64,000 nt of DNA from Basidiobolus meristosporus CBS 931.73 (Eukaryota > Fungi > Basidiobolomycota): the NCBI GenBank assembly GCA_002104905.1, contig MCFE01000090.1, positions 112,537 through 176,536 on the forward strand, written 5' to 3'. The position numbers and the translations under genes are program-made. Numbering within the stretch: the stretch's first letter is position 1; each line of letters opens with the position of its first letter. The notes below the pieces were generated by a model. It had not been told where the DNA came from. It saw only the letters and a program-made list of their open reading frames with translations, and made no database searches. This document shows, in pieces, positions 26,578 through 39,599 of the stretch.

Positions 26578-27126
26578 GTCGAAAGCGATAAGGTAAATCC
26601 TCGCCACTAACCCTCACCCGTGAACCTTGTCTCGATGAAGAAATTTTAGTTTGTGGGGTATCGTCTGGCCGAGGGATCGAGGGATCTAGGGATCGCCTCA
26701 TCAAAATCACCGCGAATATTCCCTTCTCTCCTATTACATGACGATCACTGATCGACGCTGATGGATTCTTGGTGATTTGCATCTATGTTGCTTGGACGGT
26801 TGCCATGCAGGTTGCCATGCATGGGGATGAGAGCTCCACACCAGTTAACAATTGGCAGCTCCACAAAGTTGGCATCAACCTTGTGTCGACTGAACAATGG
26901 TTGATTCAGGGGACCTTCAGTCAAATGCAAAGGGGTGTAAACAAAGGAGAGGATGTCTAATCCCTCACAAATTTGCTTGGCTATGGCTCAACTGCATGTT
27001 TCGTGCACTTGGTTCGATAGGATTCATCTGCAGTCAACCCGGGGATCACGTGAAGGGGACGAGAGCGACGATATATAACCAAGCTCTCTGGGCAATTACT
27101 GCGTGTTCTCGGTCAGATCACGCAAG

Positions 27127-28004
27127 ATGAGCTCCACTCCCGACGAGATTATTACTCCGTTACCGTTGCTTTACCAGTCCTTCATTTCCATGGCAATCAC
27201 CTCGATGGTGACTGCCGTGTTCTTGAGCAATGCATACTACTCTGCTCAGATGCTGTTTGCCAGCTACAACAAACCCATTTTTCAGCTGTGCTTCATCCAG
27301 TCCATCCTCGGGGCAATCACCAATCTGGTGCTCGTGGTCAGCTTCTTCTACTTCGATGCTGGGTGTACATTCCGGGTCTTCTTTGCGGCAACCTTGAATC
27401 TGATCTCGACCACTTGTATCGATCTCATCATGCTACACAAAGCCTACTACTGCCAAAGCCGATCCAAGTGGATCTTGGGTATAGGTGTGGCTGCTCAGAC
27501 TGCAAGATTCATTGCTGGCGGAGTCAACATCGGATTCACCAGGGTGTTTGTGACCTCGCTCTATGGCTGTGGTAGTCTCATCAATATTGCAACCGCCATC
27601 ACGGTGATCACCACCGAGTTTGCCCTAAACTTGTTCCTCTCCATTTGCTTCATTTCTTCGGTGTATGGACGCTGGAAAATCGTCAAGACTCGACTACACT
27701 CGGCATTGCTCACCGATGGGCTCATATACTTCTTATCCACCTCCATTACCAGTGTAACCATTGTTATCCTGGTACTCTGCCAGGTCCTTGGGGAAAACTC
27801 CGCCATCTTATTCAACATCAGTTGTAAGTATCTATGCCCAACGCCTGCCCCGTCACCAGCCATACTAACATCATCACTGTAGGGGCGGTCGCATCAAAAT
27901 TAATGGTCGAGCAACTAAGGCACGCCAGCCATGTTGGCAGAGAGATTGTGAAGGGCACTAATTCCCGTAACCCCCAGGAAAAATCCTCAGCGAATCTTGC
28001 CTAA
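27127..28004 (+). CDS. uncharacterised seven-transmembrane (GPCR-like) protein; intron 27824-27882
   Basis: Seven hydrophobic segments by eye, polar C-tail after splicing; Cys before TM3 and in the second outer loop. Confidence 0.65.
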
Positions 28005-28113
28005 AAGCACTTCTGCTCCCGTCTACCATCCGTGAATTTTTCCCCTTTATTCTTGTCTACCAAATCACATTAATAATGTACATATGAAATAAAGACAGTC
28101 ACTCCGGTCATTG

Positions 28114-31100
28114 CTAAAACCCGCCGAATATATGGTATCGCATCAATTGCACCTCATTGGTCGACGCCTTGACTGTTTGAGTGGCTGCCTGGAAATCCTC
28201 TTGACTCACGGTGATCTGTTTGACTGGCCCGTCAGTATGCTGGGATAAGCCATTGTTTGCAACGACGTACCTGTGTGTCGGCGCCACCAGTGCGGAGCCG
28301 TTTCAACGCATGAATTCCAGCCTGTCTAACCACAGCTGACAAGTCAGCACCGGTGTAGTTGTTGGTCATTCCTGCCAGCTCTTCGATAGAAACCCCCTCG
28401 GCCAATGGGAACTTGCGCAGCTGGATGTTCAGAATGTTGGCACGCTCCTCGCGGGTGGGTGGCGGTACATATACAAGACGGTCAAGTCGACCTGCCCAAG
28501 TAGTTAGGGAGTGGACGTCACGATATTCATAGGATTACTGAGCATGTACCAGGTCGCAGAATACTCTTGTCTATGGTTTCAGGATGATTCGTGGCAGCCA
28601 GGATAACCACCCCGCTATCCCCGGAGTTCAATTCATCCAGCTCCAAGAGCAATTGTGAGATAAGCTAACATCAGGTGTCGAAGGAATTAGGCTTGTTCCA
28701 CAATGAATCGTCGATGGAAATGGCATACCTTCTTGCCAAGGTTTCCTGCCGATTCGCGATTTCCGAATAATGCCTCCAGTTCATCGAGAAAAACTATGCA
28801 TGGGCTGCATCGCTTTGCCACTCGAAAGATGTTTGCCAACGCCTTCTCCGATTCTCCGATCTCGCTTTTGATCAGATCCGGTATCAGCACCGGTAAGAAG
28901 TTGGCTGATGACTCGGTAGCCACGGCTTTGGCGAGCAGAGTTTTACCGGTGCCTGGTGGTCCATACCTTTGTCGGCAAGTTAGAATGCCCTCACACACAC
29001 GACGACCATTCCTACTTACAATAAGATCCCTCGAGATGGGCGCACTCCTAGTCGCCGAAACGCATCAGCATGTTTGTATAGCCAGATGACAGACTCCTCC
29101 AGGGTGCTCTGCGAAGCTTCAGCTTAGCAACATCCAGCAATTGTGTGTACATGCTGACACCCACCTTGACACGATCGAGTCCACCGACATCTGACCAATG
29201 AACAGCCTCAATCTTGCGAATAGTACTATGCTCGCGTAGTGCATTGATTTTGATGATATCCATCAAAGGACAAATCTCGCTCGCTTCGAGAGCATGACCT
29301 AGTGGTGAAGATCCTCAGTCTCTTGAGGAAATGGCTTTGAACAGCTACAACTAGTACCTTGGGGAAATTTGCTCCGAGCCAAACTGCATAGTAGCTCGAC
29401 ATCCACCGCAATGTATCCGTGGCACTTATCGGACACCGCTTTCAGAGCGACGTCCGAGATGTTCAACCCTTTCGAACACGCCTTGAATATATTCAAACGT
29501 TGCTCAGGTGTTGGGATGTCCAACAATACCTCATCCTGAGGGTGTGGGTGCGAGTGTTAGAACAATCGAAGGGAAGCCCAACAATTCTCAGGAGCTCACC
29601 TGGAAACGCTTCCGCAGAGTATGGTCGATGTCAGCTACAGATTCTGCTGCTCCGATCTAGAATGTCTGGTGTTAGCGCATCTCGCCCACAACGAGCGAAC
29701 CGTCTTGTAGCTTACGAGTAATACTCTATGCTCTTTGGACTGTAATTCATCCAATATATCTAGCAGATGATGGTTTAGTGACTCGCTAGACTCTGCATTT
29801 GCGAATAGCGTCTCGATGTTATCCAGTATCACTGTGGATTTGGGGAATCAATTTAGTAGCCGAATGAATCTGGATCCGGTCACGAAGCCCTTACGAGTGG
29901 ATGGCGCCATCTTCACGGCCATTTCGAAGTACTCGCGTATCCCTCTGCCAAATTTCCCGGGGTATTTCGTAGACAAGTCACCTAGATTAACGGTGATGAT
30001 CTACTCGTGGAAATGATGAGTGCCAAGCTCGCGCAGGTTGGGTCCAAAACTTACGTTCGCGTGGTAGTATCTCGACATGCTCTCTATCAAGTAAGTTTTG
30101 CCTTTGAAATCTCACATCAGCCTCAACTCGACTCGCAACGTAAAACGTGTAACCTACCGATCCCAGACGCACCAACCAATAAGAAGTTGTTGGGTACCAA
30201 TACTCCGTAATGTTCGCAAGAAGCTCGACTCTCGAAAGCCAAGGAAAAAAGCTGTTGCATCCTGGTGGACTTTGTTAGCTGTCGGGTGGGTAGTACACAG
30301 CGGCTTGGGCCCACCTTTTTCCTTCGTCTCCATAACAACTGATCAAGCTTCCTATCCCCTGATGCTGCTCAACAAAGCTCCCTTGCACAAGCGTTTCCGA
30401 TGTTATCAGCTTGGTGTGCTGATCAACAGACCCCCAGACATCATTTGATCCGCTAGACTCGCATCGAAATCCATGAAGCTTCCCATTCCTTAGCTGTACC
30501 TGGATTATAGACCCATTGCGTAGAATGGCCCGTGATATCTGCTGAAGAATACGTATTTGAAGTTAAGGCTGAATCGAGGGCATATCTGTGTACTGTCGTT
30601 GGTATCAGCATAAAGGATATTGTAGGAACTTGGAAGGAGCTTAAAATTTGAAAGTGGTGTTTCAGGAATCATCTGAATCTTCTCCCAACGAAGTAGAGTG
30701 CTTAGCGATAGCAAAGTTACTTCCACCTACTCAGACGTGACAAGGTGTTAATGCCTAGAGTTGTAGCCTTAGGCTTGCTATCAGAGCTTACCTCCTCTTC
30801 TTCCTCCAAACCAAACTCCACAAGCTGGTCATTCGTTAACCAGAGTGTAGGCCCCTCTATCTTGACATCTTTAACGACACGACTTTTCATTGGTGACCAC
30901 TCCGGCCCAGAGTTTTTATCTATGTAACTATCTGACCATAACTCAAACGGCTCCGTAATTTCTTCGGGGCCCTTGTGTATTACGCCACGCACATCAAGAT
31001 TACCCGAGTGCGTGTCTAAGGCGATCAGCCCGGGGCCGTTTACGTAGATTACAGACCTCCCTTCGGAGCTTAGGGAAGTCTTGTTCGAGTGTTTCTTCGT

Positions 31101-31115
31101 TTTGAAATGCACCAT
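28114..31115 (-). CDS. type II (double) AAA+ ATPase, CDC48/AFG2-like; many introns, start tentative
   Basis: D1 Walker A GASGIG|KT across an intron; D2 [37 protein letters not shown]...LRPGRLDR. Confidence 0.85.
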
Positions 31116-31467
31116 AAAGAACAAGCGCCAACAATACCATCATTGTCTAGTCTTATACACTAAGGAAAAAAATCTACACAAACTATGATTAAAATCCCTA
31201 CAAGCCTAACCCAACAGTCTAAATCGACTTCTCCCCTAACCCGCTCCTGACTCATTCATCCAATTCCGCAGCCAGCACCCCTTAACCTGACAAGAAGGTG
31301 GCATACTATATACAGAATCCAGTTCATTAACGCAGAGATTTGAAAAAAAATCATGAGATTTAGTCATGAATTTGAGAATGCTTAAAGAAAGCATGGGAAT
31401 ATTATCAAGTTCATCTCCATCTCTGCTTATCTTCTAGGGAAAACCCTCTCGCGATTCCTGACCGAAG

Positions 31468-33251
31468 ATGATTCCCGACATCCCAGGGCGTCCAGTAGAA
31501 ACCGAACTAGAGCAAGAACTTCGCCAAGAGGTCGGCAATTTACTGAATGCGAATGCCAAGAGGTACTTGATTCTTCCAACCTACAAAATCATTGCCACCC
31601 ACAACTTCCAAAATTCCTGGGTCGCCGTGCTCCTTTTACTTATCAGCGTATTCACGCTTTTTTATTTTTAGATTTCCAGGTATCCGTATACCCCCCACCC
31701 AACTTTAGAGTCGCACTTCCGATTGCTCATCTTGTATTTCAACGAAAATATACATAGGCGCCCAACCAATTAGTTTTGGACTTGAGCACATGCACGTGTT
31801 GGAATCTGAGGAGTGAGTGAAAGACTGTGACAAGAATAGATAACTCCTCGAGCTGGCGACTAATCCACCCACCCTTGTTTACTAGCTACTTCGTCTGTGA
31901 AAAATCAGATGGCGTCAGATGCTTGATATACATGCGAGTCAACTCCAAAAAGATCCCCGAAACCTATCTTGTATGAAAGTAACATTACTCACCTCTTCTA
32001 TATGATGCGATGACTCACGAAGAGAAATCCCATAAGATTGATAGAAAGAACAAGTACAACATAGTTCGTGAATTGACATTTCCCATTCCCGACGACAAAA
32101 GCTTCAAAAAATTCCACCACCAAACCATCATTGACGGAGAGATCATACACGACAAAGAAGATGATGGCAAGGTTCGACCCAACGAAACTTCTCCTTACGA
32201 AGAGTAGACTAGACAATAACCTTGGGACTTTTATAGATCACCCCCAGATTCCTGGCATTCGACTTGCTGGCCATCGCCGGAATTTCAGTTATCGAGAAAC
32301 CGTTCACCAAGCGCTTGGGGGTCGGTAAACTGTTTTTTCGGGCGCGGCACTGAGTACACATGTTAACCAAAGCTGTATTTAGTATTTGAGAGATCATGTG
32401 TGTGGCCCGTTCAATGCGATGATCAAAAAAAACCCAGATCTAGCCAAGTTTTTGCCATTCACGTAAGCCCATGGACGCACATCCTCTTTATGAAGAAATA
32501 CTAACGACGGGTGTAGTGTCGAAGCAAAGAAGATGGAGCTTTCGTATGGGTTGGAGATGATTATTAAGCAAGAGATGCCTCGACTCAAGCATGAAAGCGA
32601 CGGTTTGATCTTTACCGCAGTGAATGCCGGCTACCATATTGGAACATGCTCAACGATGTAAGACGCACTCCCGTTCTCGTCCCTCTTACTAGCAGCGATG
32701 TACCTAACAATGTTTGCAAAGGCTCAAGTGGAAACCGCCCAATGAAAACTCAATCGACTTCAAGTTAGTCGTGGAGTCTCAAGGAAAAGGCAAGCCCAAC
32801 TTCAACCTACATGTTTGGAAAGGTGGCCGCGAATATGATTATTTTGCACAGCTGGGACTTACGGATGATGAGTGGATAAGGTATGTGTCAAGTGGAGTAC
32901 ACCATTGACCCTTCATGGACTTATGAAATTGTAGGTTCCGCAACAACCGGACAAAGCTGGATGGTAGAATAGTAGAGGTCACGTACGATCTTAATCACTG
33001 CCCGCCCTACAAGTGGAAGTTCTTCCGATTCAGAGATGACAAGTTGCACGGGAATCACATCTCAGTTGTGGACAAGATAGTCAAAAGCATCGACGATGGA
33101 GTAGAGAGCGAAGCGGTAACTTGATGCTGTTAACACTAGTTGGGATTCCTTTGCTTACAAGTTGTGGATATTCATGTAGCTGATCGAGCATTGTCCCGCC
33201 ATACGTTCCGCATGGAAAGCACGTCACGAGAGAGCAAACAAATACAATTAG
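31468..33251 (+). CDS. CEG1: mRNA guanylyltransferase (capping enzyme alpha subunit); multi-exon including an 8-nt microexon
   Basis: RFPGAQPISF, YFVCEKSDG (KxDG), TIIDGEII, HESDGLIF, KWKPPNENSIDF, FRFRDDKLHGNH. Confidence 0.93.
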
Positions 33252-33898
33252 ATAGTTACGTAATAACAAACATCAGTAATAAACCCTTGTGAGGTTATTT
33301 GTAAATTATGAGATTTGCGCTCGAATCCAACCATCCGGTAGAAATCATTTTGTTATTCACGCTGATTCTCACCGGGTAGGATTATAATTCCAGTCCATAA
33401 ATTTAGCTTCATCCTTCCCTGATTTGGATCACACAAATAGTGAGCAAATCCAGAACTTCTGGGAATGAGATTCAATTTGGCTCGCAATAGTCATTCGAAA
33501 GGAAAATTTTTAATCGGAATAACCTATGATCTCGAAGTGCATGCCAAATCTCAACTTTTCTGCAGACATCCAACTTCGATTTCCCCAATCGAATCAGGCT
33601 TAAAGTAAAAATAACAAACAGTGGATCAAATCAAAACCTTCGGCAAATGAGACACATACCATATGGGGCAGTTATGGTACGTGATTGCTTAATGAACGCT
33701 TCACTATTGGCCAAAGAAGATATATCATTTCTTTTCCAAATGTAGGGAAGATGCGGTTTCTACGCGTGGAAAAGAAATTTCCACCGGTTAAAAGAATCTT
33801 CCAAGGATTCCCAAGTGCTCTTTAACAGTTGGCGTCGCTTATAAAGTGAGAGCGCAGAACAGGAAGTAGGCATTAATTCTGATACCTTCTACTTCATT

Positions 33899-34471
33899 AT
33901 GATCTCTGGAAAACTCCTTCTCGTTAGCGCTCTTGTGGCTACTGCCATGGCTGCCACCACTGCTGACCATGCCGATGCTCGTATCAAATGTACCAAGGAG
34001 CATAACTGTGGTACCGACATCAACTGTATCGCTAGATGCTACAATGTTCCTAACCCCAGCAAAGAAGATATCGAGAGTACCGACGCTTGCTTTGCTGATT
34101 GCAAATCCCATGATAACATTGCTGTACTTACCCAGTGCCGCCAAGCGTGCGTTAACGAACACTTCCAACCTACTGGTGCCCCTACCGCTAACCCTACTAC
34201 CACCAGCACCTCTGCCAAACATACTGAAACTTCAGTTTCCAAAACCGAGAGTGATTCCAAGTCCTCTTCCGCTACCACCTCTGTCAGCACCTCTGCTAGC
34301 AGCAGCCACAGCAGCAGCCATAGCTCTAGCAGCGATTCATCTACCCACTCCGAGACTCCTTCTCCCAAGCCTGAAGACAAGGATCACAAGAACTCTGCCT
34401 CTTCCCAAGCACCCCTTCTTTCGGTGATTTCCGTCGCGGCAGTTTTCGCAGCAGTGTCCACCTTCTTGTAA
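33899..34471 (+). CDS. secreted, probably GPI-anchored Cys-rich and Ser/Thr-rich cell-surface protein
   Basis: Signal peptide, 8-Cys domain with VPNPS, S/T linker, NSAS then hydrophobic C-terminus. Confidence 0.8.
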   Translation: MISGKLLLVSALVATAMAATTADHADARIKCTKEHNCGTDINCIARCYNVPNPSKEDIESTDACFADCKSHDNIAVLTQCRQACVNEHFQPTGAPTANPTTTSTSAKHTETSVSKTESDSKSSSATTSVSTSASSSHSSSHSSSSDSSTHSETPSPKPEDKDHKNSASSQAPLLSVISVAAVFAAVSTFL

Positions 34472-34726
34472 ATTTGAATCCCGGGTCACCATTGAAATAT
34501 CCATATATATTATGTTCATATCTATTGTACCGAAATAAATCAAGTATTTAAGGAAATGTTTATTGGTTTCAATCAATGAGATAAGACTTCCTTGGATATG
34601 TGTGGCATGTGGGCAAATAGAGGGATAAGTGGTGCTGAATTATACAATATGCGATGGATTAGGAAGCTAATTGAGGAGAGGGTATGGGGTAACAAAGACT
34701 TCAAAATTTCTTTTCACACAGATCGT

Positions 34727-36177
34727 CTAAAGAACGTTGTAAGAGTGTAGGACCCGTACAGGTGCTGGGCTGGAGCTTGGGCTGGTGGACATCTTGGTCA
34801 CATCGCCGAGCCCCTTGGTGGCAACCAAATACTTGAGGCCGTCCAAAGGACTGGCGAACATTCCACGCGACAGCACGCTAGGGGTCTTCTTTGGCGGGAA
34901 CAGACCGGTGGGCTTAAGTTTGGGAGTTTCTGGCACTGGGGACGCTGGAACCGGAGTCACCGGGGTTGCAGGCAGCGAGAGATCAGACATCTTGGGCGGT
35001 GCCCGGAGCTGCTCAATAATGCTCAGTTCATTCTTAAATGGCAATGGGGATGCTTCAAGTCGGGATTCGCTCAAGGAATGGATGGTGCTTTGGGCATCAT
35101 CCAAAAGTAAGGCATACTCGTCGATCAGTGAGGTCATCTTGGATTCCAAATGCGACTGGCGCTTGTCAAGTGAAGTGATGGATTCTTGCATACCGTTGTG
35201 ATCTTGGGAAATCTAGATGAATCACATGGTTAGCGACGAAACATTGACGCCTGGCAAAGTCTTGGTCGCTTACAGTAATAATCTGGTCTTGAACGAGTCT
35301 TAACTCGTTGCCAAGTTCGATGTTTTGCTGCTGCTGAAGTTGGACAACTTGCTCGACTTCATCTTGGAAGTTGAACACGCTTTCCTTGGTTAGCTCCAAA
35401 TCCTGTTCGATATAATCTAGAATCAAAGATTAGGCTCTGGTCCGCACGAGTTTTGTCCGATAGGGGCACCTACCTAGTCTCTTGTTGAAAGCGGTGGAGG
35501 TAACCTTTGCGTCGCCAATTTGATGCTGCATGGAGCTCATTTCACCAACAACGTTGTCTACCTCTGAACGAAATTGCATAAATTCTTCCCGAATGGCCTT
35601 CAGTTCTCGATGCATATCCCGATTGGTTTTGTTGAGCGATTTGATTCTGTCCTCACTCTCGGATAGTTTGGCAGATAAGAGTCCGTTCTCAGAAACCTGG
35701 TTCATGAGTAGCACCTTCTCCATCTGTTCCTCTGTGTGTTCAGTGCTGTGACTTTGTGAAAACAATTGCAGTTTCGCCTCCAGCTCCTCGTTTTTCTTGG
35801 CAATAGCAAAGCCTAGAGTGGCGGCCAAGTGAAGCTCTTTCTCTTTTTCGATGACCATTTGTTTCAGTTGGTTGATGTCGCATATGTTGTTAACCTGATC
35901 CACCAAACTGGCCAGTACAAATTCTAGAGTGCAAGAAAAAGTTAAGAGGCGTCGACCGTCAGTTTAGGTTCTAGAATGAAAGGGGCGGGGATCAAGAAAA
36001 ATAGACTTACCAGAGTCGAAGTATTCACAGTCATCAAGTAAAGGGTCAAGGGTAGTATCCTTTACGGTGGACACAATTGGTATGGGCGCCTGCAAATATG
36101 AACGGAATCAACGATACACTCTCAAGGGGTGTAGAAAGGGGCAAGGAAGTTACCTGGGTAATGATTTTGGTGTTCAT
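34727..36177 (-). CDS. coiled-coil protein with HAP1_N/TRAK-like CC1 box; multi-exon
   Basis: EKEKELHLAATLGFAIAKKNEEL followed by long heptad-rich segments and a Pro/Ser-rich tail; GT-AG introns restore one frame. Confidence 0.7.
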
Positions 36178-36973
36178 GTTGTATTAGAGAGTTTCAGATA
36201 CAAAGGAGGTGAAGGGAGAAGGGGGAGGTAAGGTGGAACGCAGGGAAGCTATATTGGCAGTCAGTTGGAGAGAGAAGAGTTGTTAGACTTAAAAAAAACG
36301 GGACTATTAAGTCTTGCGAAGGCTTTTATTCGGTGCGGGTGTGAGGGGGTGAGGAAGAGGCAATATTGAAGTTGGGGAATCAGTGTAACAGATAATAACA
36401 TGGCGTCGCTCAGTTTTAGTTAAACAATTAACGGTTTGGATGAGTGAATCCTATTCAAAGCAGTCCTTAAAAACAAATAGAACGTCGTAAACAATTAACA
36501 TATAAGGTATTTAATCTAATTACGGAACCCTACCTGTCTTTCGCTAGAAAAACCTGCTAGGTCGGGAGTGCTCGGATTATTGAAACCATGCAGTCAATCA
36601 AGCACATGAGTATAGTTCAGGAACTTCATTCCTATCACCGCAGTCTTTGCTACCATGGGAATGGGAATGTGATGGCCGAGACCTTCGTCCGTTGCTTGGA
36701 ATTTCTCCGCGATGAGTTATTGGATTGTGATTAGGGTGCTGGTTAGACTATGCTTACTGCATAAAGGTATCGGCTAGCATATATGCATGTAGAGGTTAAT
36801 ATTTGTAACATGCACTCCTACACTACGCCTAATTTACACAGCTTCAATTCCTGCTTAAATTTATGAAAATCATTAGCCGGCTTTCTCAGATATGCTTAAC
36901 TCAAGTTTAACTAATTCATTTTTAACGACTCCAATACGTCTAAACCTCACCAACTGACAAGTTTGTTACGAAT

Positions 36974-38631
36974 ATGGAGGAATCAACCGTTAGTAAGCTC
37001 AGCGTCGGTAGCCAAGAGCTAGTGAAGAAGGTTGATAGTATACCAAAAAAGCGCCCACAAGAGGTTCTCGATGAGGATACATATACAGAAACCATTAGCT
37101 ATCTAGTCGAGCGAGATTTCTTTCCGAATTTGTCAAAAATCAAGAAGCAAAATGAATTAATCGACTCGTTAGACACCGCGGATATCAAACGAATCAGTAC
37201 TGTCACAAGGTCTATAAAGCAAGGGAACTATTTAGACACCCCTAGAAGATCTACTACAGAGCAAGCAACATTCCCTTCTAAGGAAGATCTCGAGGATCGG
37301 AAGTTTTCCCATCTAAAGAATATATCGTTGGATGATTTTCAAGCCAGATTCACTTCTGAGGATAACGCCTCTTTTCTGGATTTGTTGGAGAAAAATAACG
37401 AGGAAAAACGGCAGAAGTATAAGTATCTGTATCAAAAAGAAGCCCCTACTCTGTCCATTGAGGATCAAAAAAGAAAACAGATAGAATCCGGCCCTAGTAC
37501 CGGTTCTGTAGAAAGTTGGAAGTACAAGGTTAGGCTACTGGGACTAGAAAGCTGGCGAATTGCGTACTGATGCTTGGACTCTTATGATATAGACCAAAAA
37601 CTCCTTGATGTACTACCCTGAAGGATATCCTTTATTTTCGATGGAAAGCTTGACGTGCCATCAAAGTGACTTATTCCTATTTTCTTAACTCCAAATCACG
37701 TCTCATGAAAGCGAAAAACTAGAAGAGCGGGGCGAACCCAAAGCTATTGCACATAAGAATACGCGCTTTGAAACAAATAGCTCGGTAAGCAAGGACTGGG
37801 ATTAATATTTGGCGCGTTGCTGATATTTACTTGCGCCAATTACCAGGAACCTTCGTTTTCGCGAAATACCGACCGAAGCATTGCCTCAGGTAGAATTATA
37901 TCGATGTTATGATCTTGCGCAAGCGACTAATACAGTACTTCGTAGATTTAACTACCGAAAGTGGTAGTGACTCGCCAAAAGTCAGGGGGTATGGCTTTGT
38001 TACTCCCTCGCCACGACCTGAGGAGCTAGGGATTTTCCCATGGGATTTAGAGGATACCAAGCCAGAGAGTAGTAAGTGGATCATTGAATAACATCTGATT
38101 TCTTGATTTGGGGTATTGATGATCATATGGAAGGAACGCCTGTGTTCAAGTTACCGCCGACCCCCCGTCGAGAGCTAATTGCAATGAAACTGAGTGAGAG
38201 GGCCTCACGTAACCACCGGAAACAAGCCCAAGCATCGCCCAGATTGGGTGGATTCAAAACACCAAATAGGTATGTATTCACGGATTCACAATCCAGCCTC
38301 ACACTAACGCCACTTTAAAGAATGGCGAGCCCCAGCTTATCAATGAGGTCGCAAATGCTTTCGCCCGCCGCTCAAAAGCTGTTGAAGAACAAGCTGCATA
38401 TCGACTCTTCGTTCAACAACCGTCGCGAATCATACGGCGGATTAACGCCAAAGCTCAACAGTAAGAAGTTGCATTGTAATGCTTCGTCTTGTGAAGCTCG
38501 CTAACTTCATTTCCATAGGCTCGAAGTCGACGATCAGAGCAAATGTGACTACACCCAGACGAGCTGAAGCAATCACGCCGCAAAGGGCTTCCATCACCGA
38601 TGATTTGCTTGAGTTTAAAAAGGCAGCTTGA
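36974..38631 (+). CDS. ESS2: splicing factor ESS2/DGCR14 (Es2 family); multi-exon
   Basis: VLDEDTYTETISYLVERDFFPNL, SLDDFQARFTSEDNASF, GYGFVTPSP, FKLPPTPRRE, ASITDDLL. Confidence 0.9.
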
Positions 38632-39599
38632 GAGCGGATCAATCACTTGTATTTTTACCAGTAGTCTGTTTTATCACTAGCACCAATAAATATGTACCAT
38701 ATAAAGTAATGAAGCCGTTGAGAATCATCAGAATAATCAACAACGAGGAAGCATGCCCCTGAAATTACTGGAATCTAGGAAAGGTTTGTATCAGCATTCT
38801 AAGAGAGATGTCGAACGTCCAATCTGTACTCCACTATCTAGAAGGTCTAGCGAATGACGTCTTGATTGAAGATTCGTCTTCACATGGCAATCGATCTCGA
38901 TTTCATTGGGTTTAGCACCAAGGGGTTCGTATCGAAGTAAGGGGTGTGCTACAGATAGAACGTGGTGATGGTGCTAGTACATGATAGATAGTGATCGGTG
39001 TATACGAAGAAGAGAATCAACGAATATCATCATGTGCAAGCGTAGGCGTTATCAATGAGTGCTATCATGTGCAAACGTCGGCTGTCAATGAGTGGTATCA
39101 TTTGCTAATCTCACGGGCTGAGCATGATAGGAGCTGGCTTAAGATACGCTACTAATGATAAGAACGTAGTGGCAATGACAAGAATCAAGTGGCAATGATA
39201 GGAGCCACGATGCGTTGCGTGAGATTAGATTGGCAAATATAATGACAATCTGGGTGCGCATTTTGCATCTGTGTAGAGTCATTGGCCCTTCGATGAATCG
39301 AAAGTAAGTTCATTATCTGGTACATGTTGTGTCTCCAAATAATCAGGGGATCGCGGAAAGTTTATGAAAGACTCTCAGTCATTAGGGGATCGTGGAAAGA
39401 TTATGGAAATTGTCATCATGGAGCACCTACTTCAGACTTGATTGGCTCACCTTCCCCTGATACTGCTTAATATCTCTATAAAATCGATGCCCTTGAGCGA
39501 ACAACTATAAATTCTCAGCGTTCCCTCTGGAACGGCCAACTCATTCGCCTTGACTGGAGTCCGTCATTCTTTTCTTTTGGCCTTTTTACTCTGATAAAC

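Noticed and set aside
26797-26822. ggttgccatgca x2, resembling RFX X-box half sites
   Set aside because: Lacks the palindromic GCAAC half; too weak to call a regulatory site.
39028-39110. Imperfect ~34-bp tandem repeat upstream of eEF3
   Set aside because: Only 2-2.5 degenerate units; no evidence of function.
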